Assembly (NCBI RefSeq): GCF_000283555.1
Contig: NC_016012.1
Coordinates: 1,200,001-1,232,000 of the forward strand
DNA from: Candidatus Arthromitus sp. SFB-rat-Yit
GTDB lineage: Bacteria; Bacillota; Clostridia; Clostridiales; Clostridiaceae
Direction of reading: 5' to 3'
Length of the DNA: 32,000 nucleotides
Position 1 is the first letter of the stretch, and each line of letters begins with the position of its first letter. The notes under the pieces are model-generated. The model saw only the letters and a program-made list of their open reading frames with translations. It made no database searches and was not told the DNA's origin. Made by a program: the position numbers and the translations under genes. Shown one piece after another: positions 27,943-32,000 of this stretch.

Positions 27943-27971
27943 ATAGTCATTTGAAAATTTCAAATGACTAT
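27943..27971 (-). terminator. Terminator overlapping the 3' end of the glycosyltransferase gene
   Basis: Near-perfect 29-nt palindrome ATAGTCATTTGAAAATTTCAAATGACTAT; reverse strand followed by TTTGTTTTATTT; contains the stop codon of 27968-28951. Confidence 0.75.
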
Positions 27972-28951
27972 ACAAACAAAAACAAATTATAAAGATGTCT
28001 ATACCCAAAATCCATAAGCTTACTTTCTATTATTTTAATAAAACCAATCCCACTAAATATTGCAGTTCTACTACTCTCATATTTGAATACATCCTCACCC
28101 ATAAAACAATTAAAACCATACTCATCTATAAATCTACATTTAACATCTGGATAATATCTCTGCATTATATCATTAATAATCATTATAATATCTTTTTCAT
28201 ACACAATAACTATGTTCTCAAAATTTCTTAAAACATTATCAAACAAATAAATCAACTTAAGCTCAAAATTTCTATACATCATTTCTAATTTATTCTCAGG
28301 ATTAAGCGATGTATTTGTTTTATGAACTCTATAATTATAAACCACATCAGGTAAATTTCCTATCTTAAACCCTGCATTATGAAATTCAAGATAAATAAGC
28401 TTATCCTCAATAATCGAAAACTCCTTCTTAAATGGCATAAGTTTTATAAATAAATCACGTCTACCGAATAACCCTCCCCCGTTTATACAAGACCCAGAAT
28501 ATATCCTTAAAAATTGAATATCTTCATTTAGAATTTCATAATTAAGAGTTTCCATCATTTTCATATAAAGCTTGCTACCATTACCAAAACTCTTTAAATA
28601 ACATCCTATAAGATCATAATTACCCTCTTTTAAATACTTAAGTTGCTTCTCATACCTATAAATCTCATTAATATCATCTCCATCACACCTTGCAATATAT
28701 TTTCCACGAGAAAGCAAAACTCCAACCTTCATAGCCTCACATATTCCACCATTTCTTTTTGTTATAACCCTAATTCTTTCATCCTTTTTTTCATACTCTC
28801 TTAAAATATTGTAACTCCTATCTGTAGAACCATCATCAACCAAAATTATATCTAAATTAGTATGAGTTTGATTAACAATACTATCAAGTGTATCCCTTAA
28901 ATAAATTTCATTATTATATACTGGTACAATAACACTTATTAAATCCTCCAT
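27968..28951 (-). CDS. Glycosyltransferase family 2
   Basis: 'ISVIVPVYNNEIYLRDTLDSIVNQTHTNLDIILVDDGSTDRSYNILREY', 'LLSRGKYIARCDGDD', 'IEDKLIYLEFHNAGFKI'. Confidence 0.92.
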   Translation of the reverse strand: MEDLISVIVPVYNNEIYLRDTLDSIVNQTHTNLDIILVDDGSTDRSYNILREYEKKDERIRVITKRNGGICEAMKVGVLLSRGKYIARCDGDDINEIYRYEKQLKYLKEGNYDLIGCYLKSFGNGSKLYMKMMETLNYEILNEDIQFLRIYSGSCINGGGLFGRRDLFIKLMPFKKEFSIIEDKLIYLEFHNAGFKIGNLPDVVYNYRVHKTNTSLNPENKLEMMYRNFELKLIYLFDNVLRNFENIVIVYEKDIIMIINDIMQRYYPDVKCRFIDEYGFNCFMGEDVFKYESSRTAIFSGIGFIKIIESKLMDFGYRHLYNLFLFV

Positions 28952-28974
28952 AGCACAATGTCCCCTTTTACATA

Positions 28975-29015
28975 AATTAAAAAATAGCTAGAATTTTTTA
29001 AAAAAATCCTAGCTA
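28975..29015 (-). terminator. Terminator downstream of the 29121 gene
   Basis: Reverse strand TAGCTAGGATTTTTTTAAAAAATTCTAGCTA followed by TTTTTTAATTT; 15-bp stem with one G-U pair. Confidence 0.7.
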
Positions 29016-29120
29016 AATCTATATAAAATCGAATTCAAATTTGATATTAATAATTTACGTAAACCATATAAATTCATTTAATTATAATTCGTGATATATC
29101 ACAAGTCCTAATAAATTAAA

Positions 29121-30017
29121 CTATAAGCTGTTAAACTCATCAATATATTTTTCAAGTGCATCTTTATCTTCCCTTTTAAGTGCATACTCACATAAAATCA
29201 TTAATGTATTCTTACCTATAAAACTATATAAATCTTTATTTAAATTAAAATAATTTTTATATTTGTTACTTATATTAAGTGCATATTTTTCTATAACTTC
29301 ATCCAATTCTTTATTCTTAATTTTAGAATCAAGTATATAATACTCCCAAATTGGATTATCATCAAGTATACTTAATCTATCTAATATAAATCCATCAATC
29401 TCATTACATTCAATTAATTTTAAATAATCTCTTATCTTTATAATATTTATCTTAGTATTTACAAAATTCTTATATTCATAATTACTTACTCTATCTTCTA
29501 ATACGACCTCTTTATTAACTAAATCATTAATAACAAAATTTATATTACATGGCACTATCTCTTTTAATATGAAATATAGTTCATTTAATTCTGAATAATC
29601 TTCTAAAAAAAATTCATCAGCATTTAATCTTATAGCTATTTTATTAGAACAATCATAATTATGCTTAATTGGATATGAGTTAGAACAAATTTTATATAAA
29701 TTTTTATCCAAAACCTCATCTTTTAAATTAATCTCTATTCCATAATTTCTATAATATAAAAGATTCTCTACAAAATAATCAAAATCCTCATATATGTTAT
29801 AGTATTCAATCAATTCCTCATAATCATCGCCAAAAAAATAATCTTTCAAACCATCTGATACTGAATCTATAAGCTTTAACACCTTAATCCTTTTTTGTAC
29901 TTTTAAAATTAAATTACTATTTATCCTCTCTTTCCCTAAAAGTTCATCCATTATATAATAGAAAAAATTAATATTCCCTATTAAAAATTTAGAGTAGGCA
30001 TGTATAAAATCTCCCAA
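29121..30017 (-). CDS. Hypothetical protein, unknown function (298 aa, cytoplasmic-looking)
   Basis: Open frame with TTG start at 30017 preceded by AAGGAGAATAAA; followed by a terminator. Confidence 0.65.
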   Translation of the reverse strand: MGDFIHAYSKFLIGNINFFYYIMDELLGKERINSNLILKVQKRIKVLKLIDSVSDGLKDYFFGDDYEELIEYYNIYEDFDYFVENLLYYRNYGIEINLKDEVLDKNLYKICSNSYPIKHNYDCSNKIAIRLNADEFFLEDYSELNELYFILKEIVPCNINFVINDLVNKEVVLEDRVSNYEYKNFVNTKINIIKIRDYLKLIECNEIDGFILDRLSILDDNPIWEYYILDSKIKNKELDEVIEKYALNISNKYKNYFNLNKDLYSFIGKNTLMILCEYALKREDKDALEKYIDEFNSL

Positions 30018-30082
30018 TTTATTCTCCTTAAAAATTAATTCTCCTTATATTAATAGGTATTAACCAATTAAAATATACCCAT

Positions 30083-30119
30083 AATAAAAGGCATGTACCT
30101 ATGGCACACACCTTTATTA
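30083..30119 (-). terminator. Terminator-like hairpin downstream of the third surface protein
   Basis: Reverse strand AAAGGTGTGTGCC-ATA-GGTACATGCCTTT followed by TATTAT; 13-bp stem including G-U pairs; weak U-tract. Confidence 0.55.
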
Positions 30120-30120
30120 A

Positions 30121-32000
30121 TTACTCTACTCTTAATCCAAGACTATATAAGAAGTTTCTAGTTTCTGACTCACCAAGCATTCTTTCAGATATAGCCTGCA
30201 TAGCCGCAGTTCTATCTCCAACTTGTGCAATTGTTTCTTCTAAAGTCTTAACCCACCAAGCAAGTCCTTCAGAATCTGATGTTCTTCCTGTAACAGATCT
30301 ATACATACGCTCTACGTACTTAGTATTATCTAAGTTTTTCTCTTTATATTCTTGTTCGTTAACTATATTAGACGTGAAATAATTAACTGAAAACTCTTGT
30401 GAAGAAAGTTTTGATGTCCAATATGCCATTCCATCTGGATCACCATCTCTTAAGAAGAATATATTATAGAAACCTTCAATCCACTCTTTTGCATTTGTAA
30501 TTTTCTTAGTTGTAAATGGCTCTATATCCATAGCTAACTCTTGTCCATCTTTAAGCACAACTACTAATTCAAGTCCTTCAGTTAAATTGTTTGGAATTAT
30601 TCCATATAACTTAACTAAATTCTCTTTAGTATCATAGAATGAACTTGCAATTGAATCTCCAACAATTGAAACATCTTTTATAATTCCATTTGGATCATTA
30701 AATAATATTTCAAATTCCGCTTTAGTTGGAGTAACATTCTTAAGTTCAAATGATTTTAATAAATCTCCTTCTTCTCCAGCTGAAGTACCATTTCCAAGTG
30801 TTCTTATCGTCATAGGATTTACAGAAATAACATCATAATTTGTAAACCTTCTGTTTATATCACCATCTCCAGAGTTAAACGTAACAATTAATTCCGTAAA
30901 CTTATAATCTGTTCCAGACTTTAACCCTGTTATCAATAAATCTTTATACTCAGAGGCATTTTTTTGAGGATCCTTTAAAGTATTATCAAGTTTAGCATAA
31001 GACTGCATAGATCCAATTTTAGTATCCTCTTTTAAAATCTTACCATCATAAAGATTTCCTTCCGAATCCTTTACTTGTATTCTCTTTATTGTATCCTCAG
31101 GATCATATAAAGCATCATAAAGTACTACTCCATCCTCCAAAGGTCTAACGTTAGCATGATTATATCCTTGTGCTTTATCTTCTTCTGAAAATGGACCAAT
31201 ATAACGGATTATATTATCATCAGTTGATACAATCTCACCTTTATCATCTACATCAACATTAACAAAATAAGAAACTGTAGGTTTAATTGCTAAAGGATCT
31301 AATGGATTTGTATTATCAATATTTATATTCTCTGTTAATAGAGGATCTAAATAAGGAATTATTCCTTTTTTACCTTCTATAGCAGTTTGAGTTGATGTTT
31401 TTTGAACTACACTCTTGTCCACAAGTGTTGGAAAAATCAAAGAACCACCAAAAGATATATTAGTTATCTCAGATCCTGTTGGTAATCCATAAATCTTAAA
31501 ATAAATATTCCCTTCTTTGTCTACAATTTTAGGAGCATTATAAACATTTGTATACTGATTTATCTTACCTGTTGTGGTATCCATAACTAAATCCTCAATT
31601 GATATCTTTTTAGTTTCAGTTTTAGCACCACTTGTATATGTCACATTAAGTGTAAAATCTTTATTCACCAAATTGCCTGACTCATCTTTCATACCAAGTG
31701 AATTTTGTATAATTGTCGCAAGAGTTTCTTGTTGAACTAATTCAATCTGAGAACCCTTTCCACTTGATAAAATATTTAAATTCTTAGTATATTCATTAAC
31801 AGCTGCATCTATATTAGACTTCAAAGCAGCTTCAACATTACCCGAAAACTTAACCTTGATATAAGCATATCCACCTGTTGATTTATCCCTTAAGTACGAT
31901 TTTTGATAACCTTGCATATCTTCTCTTGCTACAACTGAAGTATTTCGAATTACCCCACCTTCAACTCCAGTTATTGTTAAAAACTGCTCTTCTGCATTTA
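30121..32000 (-). CDS. Partial large surface protein with C-terminal DUF4214-like module; open past the right edge
   Basis: The track gives a start at 31917, but the frame stays open to 32000 (NAEEQFLTITGVEGGVIRNTSVVARED-MQGYQKSY...), so the true start is outside. C-terminus 'FYNIFFLRDGDPDGMAYWTSKLSSQEFSVNYFTSNIVNEQEY...SVTGRTSDSEGLAWWVKTLEE...ISERMLGESETRNFLYSLGLRVE'. Confidence 0.88.
   Translation of the reverse strand, partial: NAEEQFLTITGVEGGVIRNTSVVAREDMQGYQKSYLRDKSTGGYAYIKVKFSGNVEAALKSNIDAAVNEYTKNLNILSSGKGSQIELVQQETLATIIQNSLGMKDESGNLVNKDFTLNVTYTSGAKTETKKISIEDLVMDTTTGKINQYTNVYNAPKIVDKEGNIYFKIYGLPTGSEITNISFGGSLIFPTLVDKSVVQKTSTQTAIEGKKGIIPYLDPLLTENINIDNTNPLDPLAIKPTVSYFVNVDVDDKGEIVSTDDNIIRYIGPFSEEDKAQGYNHANVRPLEDGVVLYDALYDPEDTIKRIQVKDSEGNLYDGKILKEDTKIGSMQSYAKLDNTLKDPQKNASEYKDLLITGLKSGTDYKFTELIVTFNSGDGDINRRFTNYDVISVNPMTIRTLGNGTSAGEEGDLLKSFELKNVTPTKAEFEILFNDPNGIIKDVSIVGDSIASSFYDTKENLVKLYGIIPNNLTEGLELVVVLKDGQELAMDIEPFTTKKITNAKEWIEGFYNIFFLRDGDPDGMAYWTSKLSSQEFSVNYFTSNIVNEQEYKEKNLDNTKYVERMYRSVTGRTSDSEGLAWWVKTLEETIAQVGDRTAAMQAISERMLGESETRNFLYSLGLRVE

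Noticed and set aside
27995-28231. + strand ORF within the GT2 gene
   Set aside because: Antisense to a clearly recognisable glycosyltransferase.
30101-30382. + strand ORF opposite the third surface protein
   Set aside because: Antisense shadow; starts inside the terminator hairpin region.
1-32000. Search by eye for CRISPR arrays, transposases, integrases, toxin-antitoxin or restriction genes
   Set aside because: No regularly spaced repeats and no recognisable mobile or defence gene families were seen in the translated ORFs.

Overview
The window is a low-GC Gram-positive (Clostridia-like) chromosomal segment. Protein character resembles segmented filamentous bacteria ('Candidatus Arthromitus/Savagella'), but that is an inference. 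Recognisable core genes: a partial GH94-type glycoside phosphorylase, an MscS channel, argS, trmB, birA, rocF (arginase), a DnaQ-like exonuclease, gdhA, pfkA, uppP, the murT-gatD pair and a phosphodiester-glycosidase-family protein. The accessory content includes: (i) three large secreted surface proteins (2736-5651, 24040-27201, 30121->32000) that share a C-terminal DUF4214-like module and have no visible LPXTG or SLH anchor; (ii) a co-directional cluster of short membrane-anchored/coiled-coil proteins and a lipoprotein (9353-11963), two of which are tandem paralogues; (iii) a TPR protein, a glycosyltransferase family 2 protein and several orphan hypotheticals. Main points for follow-up: the 1065-aa surface protein contains QFNGQVPNNND, which resembles my recollection of the dominant Th17 epitope of SFB antigen P3340. 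TrmB carries Thr where the catalytic Asp of the (P/S)DPW motif is expected. Several stop codons lie inside terminator hairpins. A possible decayed surface-protein paralogue sits at 5680-6078. No CRISPR array, tRNA, rRNA or transposase was found.
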